NCBI GenBank assembly: GCA_965220505.1
Contig: CBDCQE010000001.1
Span: 475,082 to 539,081 of the forward strand
From: Dehalococcoidia bacterium
GTDB taxonomy: Bacteria; Chloroflexota; Dehalococcoidia; Lucifugimonadales; UBA3495
DNA: 64,000 bases
Direction of reading: 5' to 3'
The notes beneath the pieces are model-generated. The model saw nothing but the letters and a program-made list of their open reading frames with translations. It was not told the origin of the DNA and made no database searches. The position numbers were made by a program, and so were the translations under genes. Shown piece by piece: positions 17,274 through 27,064 of the stretch. Position 1 is the stretch's first letter, and each line of letters starts with the position of its first letter.

Positions 17274-18859
17274 GGCGAGGCGGAACCGTTGGGCAGGGCG
17301 ATGGTGAAGGCGGAACCCTGGCCGGGCTCGCTCTGGACCGAGATGCTTCCGTGGTGAGCCTTCATTATGGCGTCGCAGATGTACAGCCCCAGTCCCATGC
17401 CCCGGGGATGGGTGGAAGCCAGGCCCTGGGAGCGGTGGAAACGCTCGAAGATACGGCGCGTTTCCCAGCGCGGCACGCCCATGCCCGCATCGCGCACGGT
17501 CACCCGCACGGCGCCCAAGCTGTCGTTCTCCCCTGAAACCACCACCGGTCCGCCGTTGGGCGAGTATTTCACGGCGTTGTCCACGAGGTTGACCAGCACT
17601 TGTTCCAGTAGGCCGGGGTCCCCCGTTATCGGCGGCAGGTCGTCCGGGAAGGACACCGACAGGGAGTGCTTTTTGGAGGTTGGCTGCAGCCGTTCGATGA
17701 CTTTCTCGGCCATGCCGGCCAGGTTGACCTGTTCGAGGCTCAGCGGCAGCGCGCCGGCCTCCAGGCGGGACGCCAGAAGCAGGCGGTCCATGAGCAGGCT
17801 CATGCGGTCAGTTTCTTCCTCGATGGCTTCGAAACTGCGGCGCAGTGTGTCACCGTCCCACGGGGCGTCGGGGCGCGAGAGGGTGTTGGTGTAGCCCTTG
17901 ATGATGGCCAGAGGCGTTTGAAGCTGGTGCTCCAGCATCGAGAGGAAAGTGGACCGCATCTCCTCGGTCTCGCGGACTCGGGTCATGTCCCGGACGTTGA
18001 CAACGGCGTTCAACGGGGCCATTTCCGGCGAGCGGACCACCGAATAGACGAGGGCGACCTCGGTACGCTGGCCCGTGGAGGAGCGAGCGGCGGCGGCAAG
18101 CTCGGTGACGTTGCCCTCCAGACCGGAGGCGGCCTGGTGGGCGTGGAGCATGGGACAACGGCCCGGACAGATGGGGCGACCCTCGCGGTCCCGCCAGTTC
18201 AGGGCGACGGCGCAGGGCAGGCCCAGCAATTCCTCTCCGGGCCGGCCGAGCATGCGTTCCATGGCGGGGTTGACGCTGACGATGCGGCGGTCGGCGTCGA
18301 CGGTGTAGATACCGTCGGCGCTGCCCTCCAGGATCGATTCGACGCGCTGCTTCTCCTGGGTTAGCAGGTGGGCCAGCCGGGCGGATTGGACCGCGATGGC
18401 GGCCTGCTCGGCGAAGGCGGCCAGAACGGGCGGGTCGAGCTGGGAGAAATTGGCGGCGTCGGAGGAGCGGAGGACGAAGATCAGTCCCACGGTCTCGTCG
18501 TTGGTATACAGAGGGACGGCCATGACGGGGTTCTGCATTTCCCCGGTGGTGGAAACGGGCAGGGCCGACTGAGGGAACAGGGCCGACAGGAGGGCGAACT
18601 GCTCGCGGCTGAGGGCGAGGTCGGGTATCGCCTCGTTGAGCAGGGGACGGATGCGGGCGATTTGAGGGCCGTCCAGACCGTAGGCGCCGGTGACCACGAA
18701 GCGGCGGACGGCGTCGTCCCAGGTGGCAACGACGGCGGCGCTCCCGCCCAAGGCGCGCACGGCGTTGCGCAGGATGCCCTCAAGCTCCGGCTGAAGATCG
18801 ACGGCGTTGTCGTCGTCGGTTCGACCAACAGGATTCCAGTTGAAATAGCGGGTGACCAT
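17270..18859 (-). CDS. sensor histidine kinase (GAF-PAS-HisKA-HATPase)
   Basis: 529 aa. GAF-like N-terminus, PAS (ILEGSADGIYTVDADRRIVSVNPAMERMLG), H-box STFLSMLEHQLQTPL, and N/G boxes VDNAVKYSP, DAGMGV, GMGLGL. There is a 4-nt overlap with the regulator gene. Confidence 0.9.
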   Translation of the reverse strand: MVTRYFNWNPVGRTDDDNAVDLQPELEGILRNAVRALGGSAAVVATWDDAVRRFVVTGAYGLDGPQIARIRPLLNEAIPDLALSREQFALLSALFPQSALPVSTTGEMQNPVMAVPLYTNDETVGLIFVLRSSDAANFSQLDPPVLAAFAEQAAIAVQSARLAHLLTQEKQRVESILEGSADGIYTVDADRRIVSVNPAMERMLGRPGEELLGLPCAVALNWRDREGRPICPGRCPMLHAHQAASGLEGNVTELAAAARSSTGQRTEVALVYSVVRSPEMAPLNAVVNVRDMTRVRETEEMRSTFLSMLEHQLQTPLAIIKGYTNTLSRPDAPWDGDTLRRSFEAIEEETDRMSLLMDRLLLASRLEAGALPLSLEQVNLAGMAEKVIERLQPTSKKHSLSVSFPDDLPPITGDPGLLEQVLVNLVDNAVKYSPNGGPVVVSGENDSLGAVRVTVRDAGMGVPRWETRRIFERFHRSQGLASTHPRGMGLGLYICDAIMKAHHGSISVQSEPGQGSAFTIALPNGSASP

Positions 18860-18999
18860 AGGGTGGCCGATTGCAGTCAGTGTGCGGCGATTTTCAACGC
18901 AATTTTAACATTAAGGGCATTGGAAAACGTTTGAGGGCAGGTGAGAATAGATGGCGAGCCTAGCCGGCCGAACGTACCGGCCGATGCAAGGAGGTACAC

Positions 19000-19185
19000 A
19001 TGCCCAGGTACGTATACCGGTGTACTGCGTGTGACCACGAGTATGATCAGCGGCAGAGTTTCGGCGCGTCGTCGGAAGGGGAATGTCCCGAGTGTTCCGG
19101 CGTTACCCGACGCGTGTTTCATGCGGTGCCGGTGATCTACAAAGGATCCGGTTTTTACACCACGGACTACGCACGCAAGAAGTAG
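19000..19185 (+). CDS. FmdB-family zinc-ribbon protein
   Basis: 61 aa. MPRYVYRCTACDHEYD...ECPECSG matches the CxxC_CxxC_SSSS/FmdB pattern. AAGGAGG RBS. Confidence 0.8.
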   Translation: MPRYVYRCTACDHEYDQRQSFGASSEGECPECSGVTRRVFHAVPVIYKGSGFYTTDYARKK

Positions 19186-19246
19186 TCGCTGCCCACGCCG
19201 GTAGCGTCATCAACCAGGCAAACAACACAACGCAAGGAGGCATTCA

Positions 19247-19537
19247 GTGGCCACTTTCACACCACTTGGTGAGCGCATCGTCATCAAGCCGACGGAACAG
19301 GAAGCGCAGACCCGAGGCGGGATCCTATTGCCGGACACCGCCAAGGAGAAGCCGCAGGAAGGCGAGGTCGTCGCGGTGGGTCCCGGCCGGGCCGCCGATG
19401 ATGGCAGCCGCATCCCCATGGAACTCACCGTGGGCGACAAGGTCATCTACTCGAAGTACGCCGGCACGGAATACGAAGACGGCGACGAAGAGTACCTGAT
19501 CATGCGCGAGTCGGACGTGCTCGCCAAGATCGGCTAA
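19247..19537 (+). CDS. groES: co-chaperonin GroES
   Basis: 96 aa with GTG start after [17 protein letters not shown]...[25 protein letters not shown]...[13 protein letters not shown]. Confidence 0.95.
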   Translation: MATFTPLGERIVIKPTEQEAQTRGGILLPDTAKEKPQEGEVVAVGPGRAADDGSRIPMELTVGDKVIYSKYAGTEYEDGDEEYLIMRESDVLAKIG

Positions 19538-19556
19538 CCGCACCGCATTTGGTTTT

Positions 19557-19583
19557 CGTCATTCCCGCGAAGGCGGGAAACCA
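19557..19583 (-). repeat. REP-like 27-nt hairpin element, copy B1
   Basis: Plus strand cgtcattcccgcgaaggcgggaaacca, whose reverse complement is tggtttcccgccttcgcgggaatgacg. The stem is ttcccgc/gcgggaa. It lies inside the groES-groEL spacer. Confidence 0.7.
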
Positions 19584-19593
19584 TAGCACATCC

Positions 19594-19620
19594 CGGATTC
19601 CCGCGAAAGCGGCGATGACT
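19594..19620 (+). repeat. REP-like 27-nt element, copy B2
   Basis: cggattcccgcgaaagcggcgatgact has an imperfect stem and is inverted relative to copy B1. It lies inside the groES-groEL spacer. Confidence 0.6.
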
Positions 19621-19636
19621 GGGAAGGATTGATTGA

Positions 19637-21268
<1,632 letters not shown>

Positions 21269-21297
21269 TCCCAGGCGAACATCCCTCCGGGATTTAG

Positions 21298-21334
21298 ACC
21301 GGGGCGGTTATTGCGACCGCCCCGGTTCATTTTG
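21298..21334 (+). terminator. rho-independent terminator of groESL
   Basis: accggggcggt-tattgcg-accgccccggt: perfect 11-bp stem followed by tcattttgg. Confidence 0.75.
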
Positions 21335-21477
21335 GTGTCAGGGCGTTTTACCTACGCCCCGGATGGGAGTAATATTGCCATGCCGTTTATATTCCGCGCA
21401 GGCTTGGGCGTTTCCAGCGTCTGCCTGGGTTGCTTCATTCGAGGCCGTAACTGAATAGATCTTTTGCCCGCCGCCTG

Positions 21478-22824
21478 TTGGCCTGGCATCCGCCGACGCC
21501 TTTCTTTTACGGGTGGCTGGTGCTGGGCATGGCCTGCCTTTCCTCCGCCACCGGCGCCAGCGTGTCCCAGGTGGTGATGGGGGCCATCCAGGTGTACATC
21601 GTGGACGACACCGGGTGGGATATCGGGACGCTGTCCATAGCGGTGACCGCCGGCACCTGGATTTCGGGGATATTGGCTCCTTTCGCCGGCGCGCTGGCCG
21701 ACCGATACGGCCCCAGGGTCCTGACCACGGTGGGGCTGGTGGTGGTGGCGTGCGCGCTGCTGGCGATTTCGGCGGTGAACACCGATACCCCCTGGCCGTT
21801 CTTCGCCGCTTACATCGTCGCCAGGACGGTGAGCAATCCGTTCCTGATCGGCATAGTACCCCGTGCCGCGACGGTCAACTTCTTTAGGCGGCGTCGGGGC
21901 GTCACCCTGGCGATTAACGGAATGGCGCGTCCGGTGGGCGGCGCGATCAACATCCAGATCATTTCGCTGATCGCGGCCACGCACAGTTGGCGGGCCTCCT
22001 ACGGATACGTCGGGCTGTTCATGATGGCCATGACGGTGCCGGTATTCCTCATCATGCGGCGGACGCCGGAAGAGATCGGCATGCTGCCGGACGGGGACCG
22101 ACCCGCTCCCGGATCCGAAGCCGCGCCACAATCCGGCGGCGGACGGCGGCCGGGCCGGCGCGCCCAGGCGGGGACACAGGAGTTCAGCTGGACAGCCCGC
22201 GAGGCGATGAAGACCCGAGCCTACTGGTGCATCGCCGGAACCGCGGTGCTGGCTATAATCGCGTCGGCGGGCTTGGGCTACATCCTGGTTCCGTTTCTCG
22301 TGAGCGATACGGGTCCAGGATTGACTAATCCGCAGGCCGTCGGCGTGGGGGCGCTGGGAGCCGTGCTGGCGATGACCACGTTGGTCTGGGGTTTCCTGGC
22401 GGACAGGTTCGGACCTCGGCCGTGCATGGTAGCGACCATTTCCGGGGCGGTGCTTTCCGGCGTGTTCCTGGCCACCGGCGTGCACTCGGTGTGGACGGCC
22501 TATCTGTTTGCCGTTCTGTGGGGGTTCTTCTCTAACACCGTGGGGACGCTGGAGCACATGCTGCTGGCGCAGTACTTCGGGCGGGGGTCCTTCGGGGCCA
22601 TACTGGGATCGCTGGGGCCGTTGCAGACCACGGCGTTGGGAGCCGCGCCGGTATTCGGCAGCTACCTGCTGACGTTCACGCACAGTTACAGCGTGGTGTT
22701 CATCGTGCTGATGGCGATGTACGCCGGCGCGGGCATGCTGATCCTCCTGGCAAAGGCTCCCCGGCTGCCGCCCCGGGCCACCCAAGCGCAAGCCGAGCCC
22801 GGCGTCGCGCCGGCAACGGTATAA
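21478..22824 (+). CDS. MFS transporter (start uncertain, TTG)
   Basis: 448 aa with about 12 hydrophobic segments. FYGWLVLGMACL, an MFS loop motif ALADRYGPR, and a central hydrophilic loop. Confidence 0.8.
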   Translation: MAWHPPTPFFYGWLVLGMACLSSATGASVSQVVMGAIQVYIVDDTGWDIGTLSIAVTAGTWISGILAPFAGALADRYGPRVLTTVGLVVVACALLAISAVNTDTPWPFFAAYIVARTVSNPFLIGIVPRAATVNFFRRRRGVTLAINGMARPVGGAINIQIISLIAATHSWRASYGYVGLFMMAMTVPVFLIMRRTPEEIGMLPDGDRPAPGSEAAPQSGGGRRPGRRAQAGTQEFSWTAREAMKTRAYWCIAGTAVLAIIASAGLGYILVPFLVSDTGPGLTNPQAVGVGALGAVLAMTTLVWGFLADRFGPRPCMVATISGAVLSGVFLATGVHSVWTAYLFAVLWGFFSNTVGTLEHMLLAQYFGRGSFGAILGSLGPLQTTALGAAPVFGSYLLTFTHSYSVVFIVLMAMYAGAGMLILLAKAPRLPPRATQAQAEPGVAPATV

Positions 22825-22868
22825 TCCCAACGAACCACCAAGGCGAACTACCAAATGGAGGCAAACCA

Positions 22869-23261
22869 ATGGCCAACAGCGAGTACATGAACCCCAGCGG
22901 CATTGCGGACCCCTCACCTTCCGGCTTCAGCGCAGTGGTGAAGGCGGGCAACACCGTCTACATCGCCGGTATGGTCGCGCAGGACGAAAACGGCAACGTG
23001 ATCGGGGCGGGCGACACGGAAGAACAGACGCGGCAGATCTGGCGGAACATCGAGGTTGCGGTCAAGGCTGCCGGCGGGTCGCTTGCGGACATCGTCAAGA
23101 CGACGACCTACGTGACCGGCATCGAGCACGCGCCGGCGGTGCGCAAGGTGCGCGGCGAACTGTTCCCCAGCAATCCGCCCACCAGCACGCTGCTGGTGGT
23201 AAGCGAACTGGCGAACCCGGCATACGTAGTGGAGATCGAGTCAATCGCGGTCTTAGGCTAG
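22869..23261 (+). CDS. RidA/YjgF-family protein
   Basis: 130 aa. AVVKAGNTVYIAGMVA...QTRQIWRNIEVAVKAAGGSLADIVKTTTYV...PTSTLLVVSELANPAYVVEIE. Confidence 0.85.
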   Translation: MANSEYMNPSGIADPSPSGFSAVVKAGNTVYIAGMVAQDENGNVIGAGDTEEQTRQIWRNIEVAVKAAGGSLADIVKTTTYVTGIEHAPAVRKVRGELFPSNPPTSTLLVVSELANPAYVVEIESIAVLG

Positions 23262-23270
23262 TCGAAAATC

Positions 23271-23298
23271 CGCCCCCTGCCTCTGTAGGGAGGGGGCG
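23271..23298 (+). terminator. hairpin after ridA that includes the putative hicA RBS
   Basis: cgccccct-(12 nt)-agggggcg: 8-bp stem. The right arm is the G-rich RBS-like sequence just upstream of GTG 23300. Confidence 0.35.
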
Positions 23299-23299
23299 A

Positions 23300-23581
23300 G
23301 TGCCCGATTCCGCCGTCATGGTATCATTGAGGCGCCGGCATCGTAACACTCTGGCGGCGATATTCGATCAGCCTACGCGATCAAACATCCGTTGGGCCAA
23401 CATCGAGTCGCTGCTGCTGGCTTGCGGAGCCGTTATCCAAGAGCGGGCCGGTTCACGCATATTCGTGGTACTAAACGGCGCAGGTTCTCACTTTCATCGC
23501 CCGCATCCCGAGCGGGTAGCCGGGAAAGGTCTGGTAGAACAAGTACGCGCATTCTTGATTGAAGCGGGCATAGAACCATGA
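23300..23581 (+). CDS. hicA: HicA-family toxin (type II TA)
   Basis: 93 aa (GTG 23300, alternative ATG 23318). NTLAAIFDQPTRSNIRWANIESLLLACGAVIQERAGSRIFV...HFHRPHPERVAGKGLVEQVRAFLIEAGI matches the long HicA subfamily. There is a 4-nt overlap with hicB. Confidence 0.75.
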   Translation: MPDSAVMVSLRRRHRNTLAAIFDQPTRSNIRWANIESLLLACGAVIQERAGSRIFVVLNGAGSHFHRPHPERVAGKGLVEQVRAFLIEAGIEP

Positions 23582-23961
23582 TGGAGTACAAAGGCTATCG
23601 AGCAGCGGTAACCTTCGATGACGGCGCCGGGGTTTTTTTCGGCACGGTGGTAGATACGCGCGACGTGATAACCTTCGAAGGCGATTCTGTCGAGCAGTTA
23701 CGACGGGAGTTCAAGTTTTCCGTGGACGACTATCTGAATGCGTGCCGGGAATGGGGCCGTGATCCAGACAAGCCTTATTCCGGCGAAATCTCGTTCAAGG
23801 TCAGTTCCAATGTACACCGCACGGCGGACGCCGCCGCCAGATCGGAGGGCAAAACCCTGGAGGATTGGCTGGCCGAAACGGTGGAATGGGTAGCGGAGCA
23901 AACACTCAACCCGCCGTCATACACCAGCCCGTGTTGCCACGACGAGTGCTGCTGCGATTAG
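23578..23961 (+). CDS. hicB: HicB-family antitoxin with Cys-rich C-terminal tail
   Basis: 127 aa. YKGYRAAVTFDDGAGVFFGTVVDTRDVITFEGDSVEQLRREFKFSVDDYLNACREWGRDPDKPYSG is the HicB N-domain. The C-terminus is RHH-like and ends in SPCCHDECCCD. Confidence 0.8.
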   Translation: MMEYKGYRAAVTFDDGAGVFFGTVVDTRDVITFEGDSVEQLRREFKFSVDDYLNACREWGRDPDKPYSGEISFKVSSNVHRTADAAARSEGKTLEDWLAETVEWVAEQTLNPPSYTSPCCHDECCCD

Positions 23962-24126
23962 TCGCTCCGTTTCCGTTCACGGGAGAAGACCAGAGCAAGG
24001 TTATCCTCGACGTAAACCAGGCCATAGTCGAAGCCGCAAAATTGGCAGAAGGGGCGACTACGCAGACCGCCGAGCCTCGACCAAGGTGGCGGATTGGGCA
24101 GTTGCACGGCGGCCAATTAGGGCGAA

Positions 24127-24384
24127 TCAGGTGTGCCAAGTTTCGAGATCGGCGCGACGCTTCTGGAGGACGAGCCACATGCGGTGCCAGACGTAGCGCC
24201 GCTCCGGTTCTTCCAGACTGCGGTCGATCAGGCCACGGACGGCCAGCACGGCCTGCCCGGCAAAAAAGCCCCACTGGCCGGGTTCGTTGCGGAGCCACCC
24301 TTCCACGCGGTCCGGGTGAGCGTCCGCAACAGCTTCCAACAATTGATCCAGGGCGGCATCAGCGCCGCCTGAACCGGTGGCCAT
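24127..24384 (-). CDS. small protein with GatB/YqeY C-terminal-like domain
   Basis: ATG 24384 (5 nt after the thiS stop) gives MATGSGGADAALDQLLEAVADAHPDRVEGWLRNEPGQWGFFAGQAVLAVRG..., resembling the GatB_Yqey helical domain. Confidence 0.45.
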   Translation of the reverse strand: MATGSGGADAALDQLLEAVADAHPDRVEGWLRNEPGQWGFFAGQAVLAVRGLIDRSLEEPERRYVWHRMWLVLQKRRADLETWHT

Positions 24385-24388
24385 GGGA

Positions 24389-24604
24389 TCAGCCGCCGCC
24401 GACCGGACGGACGATCTCCAAAGCATCGCCCGGGTGGAGTTTCACCTTTTCGAAGTCCTCTTTGCGGATCACCTGGCCGTTGTACCCCACGGCGATGAAC
24501 CGCATGTTGACGTCGATGGTGGCGAGATAGGACTGAAGGTTGAGACCTTCGTCGATGTCCCGAGGTTTGCCGTTGACTTGAAGGGTGATCATACTGACGC
24601 TCAC
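24389..24604 (-). CDS. thiS: sulfur-carrier protein ThiS
   Basis: 71 aa ending ...GDALEIVRPVGGG (C-terminal GG). GTG 24604 overlaps the thiE stop; an alternative ATG is at 24592. Confidence 0.85.
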   Translation of the reverse strand: MSVSMITLQVNGKPRDIDEGLNLQSYLATIDVNMRFIAVGYNGQVIRKEDFEKVKLHPGDALEIVRPVGGG

Positions 24605-25290
24605 CTCCGGCTCGTAGTATAGCGGCTCCCTGGACTCCGGTTCTCACCCGCGCCGGCTACCGCGTCCCGCATGGCCGATTTTATGCGCGAGGCCTCCCGT
24701 TGCGGGTCCGCGCTGGCGAGGATGGCCGTGATAACCGCCGCACCGTTGGCGCCGGCCCGGATGACCTGAGCGACGTTGTCGGCGGTGATGCCCCCGATAC
24801 CCAGGAGCGGCGTATTCACGTCCGCCGACCTGATGCGCTCCAACAGGCCGGGCCCCGACGGCTCCTCGCCGGGATGAGACCGAGTGGCGAACATGGTCCC
24901 GACAAGCAGGAAATCCGCGCCGGATTGTTCCGCCTGCATGGCACCTTCCACCGAGTGGATGGAGCGACCGATGATAGCCCCGTCGGGCAGGATCGGGCGC
25001 ACGGCGGAAGTGGGCATGGCAGCTTCGCCTAGCTGAACCCCGTTAGCGCCAGCCGCGATAGCCACGTCGGCGCGCTCATTGATCAGGAGGATTGCGGGTG
25101 GCCTGGCGACTTCGCGCAGAGCCAGCGCCAGTTCCAGAAGAGTGCTGCCGGGCTCGTCCTTGTCCCGAAGCTGGACTACATCAACGCCGCCGGCGATGGC
25201 GGCCGATACCCGGCCCGGCAATTCGTCGGGAGGGCAGACGCGCCGGTCGGTGACCAGGCACAGGGCGGGAATTGGCAAGGCCGCGCCCAT
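24601..25290 (-). CDS. thiE: thiamine-phosphate synthase
   Basis: ATG 25290 gives MGAALPIPALCLVTDRR...GVDVVQLRDKD...LINERADVAIAAGANGVQLG...GIGGIT, the TMP-TENI fold motifs. Confidence 0.9.
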   Translation of the reverse strand: MGAALPIPALCLVTDRRVCPPDELPGRVSAAIAGGVDVVQLRDKDEPGSTLLELALALREVARPPAILLINERADVAIAAGANGVQLGEAAMPTSAVRPILPDGAIIGRSIHSVEGAMQAEQSGADFLLVGTMFATRSHPGEEPSGPGLLERIRSADVNTPLLGIGGITADNVAQVIRAGANGAAVITAILASADPQREASRIKSAMRDAVAGAGENRSPGSRYTTSRR

Positions 25291-25300
25291 GGGAAGAGGC

Positions 25301-26086
25301 TCAGGCAGCCGCGACGGGTTCCGGCACGTCGGTGGGCGGGCTGCTGGCAATGGCCTCGGTGCGCACCGGAATGCGGCCGGCCAGGTAGGCCTGGCGCCCG
25401 GCTTCCACTCCCTTGCGGAAAGCGTCGGCCATCATGGCCGGGTTTTCGGCCTGGGCGATGGCGGTGTTGACCAGCACGGCGGAGGCGCCCATTTCCAGCG
25501 CCTTGGAAGCGTCGGACGGGACGGCCAGGCCGGCGTCCACGACGACGGGAACCGTAGCGTTTTCGAGGATGATGCGCACTTCCTCAACGGTGTGGATGCC
25601 CTGGCCGGAACCGATGGCGGACCCCAACGGCATGACGGTTACGCAGCCGGCTTCTTCGAGGTTCTTGGCGAGGACCGGATCGGCGTGGATGTAGGGCAGG
25701 ACCTTGAAGCCTTCGTCCACCAACTGACGCGCTGCCTCGAGGGTCCCGTTGGGGTCGGGGAACAGGTACTTGGCGTCGGGGATGACCTCGAGCTTGACGA
25801 AGTCGGTCTGGCAAACTTCGCGGCCGAGACGGGCAACGAACAGCGCCTCCTCGACGGTGCGGCAGCCGGCCGTATTGGGCAGGATGCGGTACTTGTCGAG
25901 GTTGACGTGTTCGAGGATGTTCTGCTCGGGATTGTCGAGGTCGAGGCGGCGAATGGCCACGGTGACCATCTCGGTGCCCGAAGCTTCGAGGGAATCGATC
26001 ATTTCCTGCATGCTGCGATGCCGGCCGGTACCGACGATCAGCCGGGAAGAAAACGACACGCCACCAATTACCAGTTCGTCGGCCAT
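25301..26086 (-). CDS. thiG: thiazole synthase
   Basis: ATG 26086 gives MADELVIGGVSFSSRLIVGTGRH...LPNTAGC...VMPLGSAIGSGQGI...VDAGLAVPSDA, full-length ThiG similarity. Confidence 0.93.
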   Translation of the reverse strand: MADELVIGGVSFSSRLIVGTGRHRSMQEMIDSLEASGTEMVTVAIRRLDLDNPEQNILEHVNLDKYRILPNTAGCRTVEEALFVARLGREVCQTDFVKLEVIPDAKYLFPDPNGTLEAARQLVDEGFKVLPYIHADPVLAKNLEEAGCVTVMPLGSAIGSGQGIHTVEEVRIILENATVPVVVDAGLAVPSDASKALEMGASAVLVNTAIAQAENPAMMADAFRKGVEAGRQAYLAGRIPVRTEAIASSPPTDVPEPVAAA

Positions 26087-26196
26087 CGCTGTCACTCTCC
26101 TGTGTGCTGCCGGAAACGGGAGTTCCGTGGCCGGCATTTGCCTGAAATGCGAAACCGCCAGGCGGGTACCCGGCGGCCGAATGTCAAAGCTACCTA

Positions 26197-26292
26197 CTGT
26201 TCCTCCGCCGGCATTACCCGGGTCAGGTACAGACGGTCGGCGACGAAGTTGGCCGCCCTCTCAGCCTGGTTTGCCCAAGCTCCCGCCAGAAT
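26197..26292 (-). promoter_or_regulatory. TPP (THI-box) riboswitch in the thiG leader
   Basis: Minus strand reads ctggcgggagc..caggCTGAGAgggcggcc...gtctgtACCTGAcCCGGGTAATGCCGGCGgAGGaac. This contains the CTGAGA and ACCTGA-CCGG-TAATGCC-GGCG-AGG cores of the THI element, about 110 nt upstream of the thiG ATG. Confidence 0.85.
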
Positions 26293-26318
26293 CGCGTGAG
26301 GCGTTCAGTTGTGGATCG

Positions 26319-26347
26319 AATGTAGCACTACGGGACGGGCAAGTCAA
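26319..26347 (-). promoter_or_regulatory. candidate sigma-70-type promoter for the thi operon
   Basis: Minus strand TTGACT (26347-26342), 17-nt spacer, TACATT (26324-26319), placed just upstream of the riboswitch. Confidence 0.5.
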
Positions 26348-26363
26348 ACGGGGACGGTGTCCT

Positions 26364-27062
26364 TTACAACAACAACCGCAAACGTGTCAGGTCTGATGGG
26401 TTGACGTGATCTTGGATCTTCCTTGGCTGACGGGCGTTCGGGTGCGGTAGCGAAACGATTGCTCGGGTACGCCCACTGACCGGGACGTCGAAACTGACTG
26501 CACGCGCCGGATCCAGGTTCCAGATCCTGGAGCAGGTACTTTGAGAATGCTTGCCCAAGATGATCAGGATGGTCGCTGGCGACTGCGCCAGTACCGATGA
26601 AAGCCAACGTTGTGAGCAAGATTGCAAAGCTTCGGGAACGCCCATTTCGCCGCGGGACTTGCAATGCACCACTTCGGTGAGAGCGAAATCTACGCCGGCA
26701 ACCACCTCGCGTTGAAAGATCTCTTTGGCCCTCGCACGCACGCCGGTCCAGAAAGGCACCCTGTTGTAGGTGCGAGCGTCGACATAGCCGGCGCCGGCGT
26801 CAAACCTGCGCTGGAAGTAGTCGGACGTACACTCAGCGGACCAACTGAGGGTGGGATAGCGTTCCTGTTCGCTGATACTGGGATTCGACGAAATGAATAA
26901 GATCGGAGCCTGTTCGATGTGTCCGGACCAAGGCTCGGGAACATGGTAATTTTCGGTAGCCTGGATACTCGCTACCAAAGCACACGGATGGGATTGGTTG
27001 CGGCGGGCGATTGGCAACTCCGGGCAACGAGTGATGCCCAGCAAAAGCTCATCCCGTTCCAA
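26364..27062 (-). CDS. hypothetical protein, possibly a divergent uracil-DNA-glycosylase-superfamily member
   Basis: 232-aa ORF in a visibly less GC-rich stretch. PILFISSNPSISEQE and IVSLPHPNAR are positioned like UDG-superfamily motif A (G-x-N-P-G type) and motif B (H-P-S/N). Assignment is by eye only. Confidence 0.35.
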   Translation of the reverse strand: MERDELLLGITRCPELPIARRNQSHPCALVASIQATENYHVPEPWSGHIEQAPILFISSNPSISEQERYPTLSWSAECTSDYFQRRFDAGAGYVDARTYNRVPFWTGVRARAKEIFQREVVAGVDFALTEVVHCKSRGEMGVPEALQSCSQRWLSSVLAQSPATILIILGKHSQSTCSRIWNLDPARAVSFDVPVSGRTRAIVSLPHPNARQPRKIQDHVNPSDLTRLRLLL

Positions 27063-27064
27063 AA

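Noticed and set aside
18860-19246. Search for a CIRCE (TTAGCACTC-N9-GAGTGCTAA) heat-shock operator upstream of fmdB/groES
   Set aside because: I could not find a match or a near match by eye, so no HrcA operator is claimed. A weak TTGGAA-N17-GAGAAT promoter-like pattern near 18920-18950 is too degenerate to report.
21380-21454. 24-codon upstream ORF (MPFIFRAGLGVSSVCLGCFIRGRN) before the MFS transporter gene
   Set aside because: It has a GGGAG about 10 nt upstream, but it is very short, has no recognisable leader-peptide logic, and conservation cannot be tested here.
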